Source of the DNA: Octopus sinensis | Lineage: Eukaryota | NCBI RefSeq assembly: GCF_006345805.1 | Contig: NC_043006.1 | Coordinates: 64,170,001-64,234,000, forward strand | Reading direction: 5' to 3' | DNA length: 64,000 bases | Shown here: positions 63,935 to 64,000 of the stretch, piece by piece | Numbering within the stretch: position 1 is the stretch's first letter | Layout of the letters: every line of letters starts with the position of its first letter | Translations under genes and position numbers: made by a program | The notes under the pieces: model-generated | Databases searched by the model: none | What the model was told of the DNA's origin: nothing | Seen by the model: only the letters and a program-made list of their open reading frames with translations

Positions 63935-64000
<66 letters not shown>

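Overview
AT-rich, repeat-dominated animal genomic DNA. The SINE families, (TA)n/(CA)n/(TAA)n microsatellites and Dong/R4, Tigger and Penelope relics suggest an octopus (coleoid cephalopod) genome; this is recognised from memory, not from a search. The only host gene I can support is an MSL1 (male-specific lethal 1) homolog on the minus strand: a ~642-codon first coding exon (13388-11463). It is almost entirely low-complexity, ends in the MSL2-binding coiled coil, and stops at an ACG|GTAGGT splice donor. Its later exons (PEHE domain) were not found in the window. A second candidate promoter (ETS + YY1 motifs) with a short first coding exon of an unidentified minus-strand gene lies at ~41320-41480. 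The rest is mobile-element debris: at least three tRNA-derived SINE families (several nested, with TSDs), Tigger, pogo/Tc2, Tc1 and mariner relics, hAT and Merlin-like MITEs, Helitron-like elements, an R4/Dong non-LTR cluster at 52.7-57.9 kb, and Penelope/RTE fragments with ribozyme-like motifs. No rRNA, true tRNA gene or CRISPR array was seen. Most ORFs in the supplied track are microsatellite artefacts.
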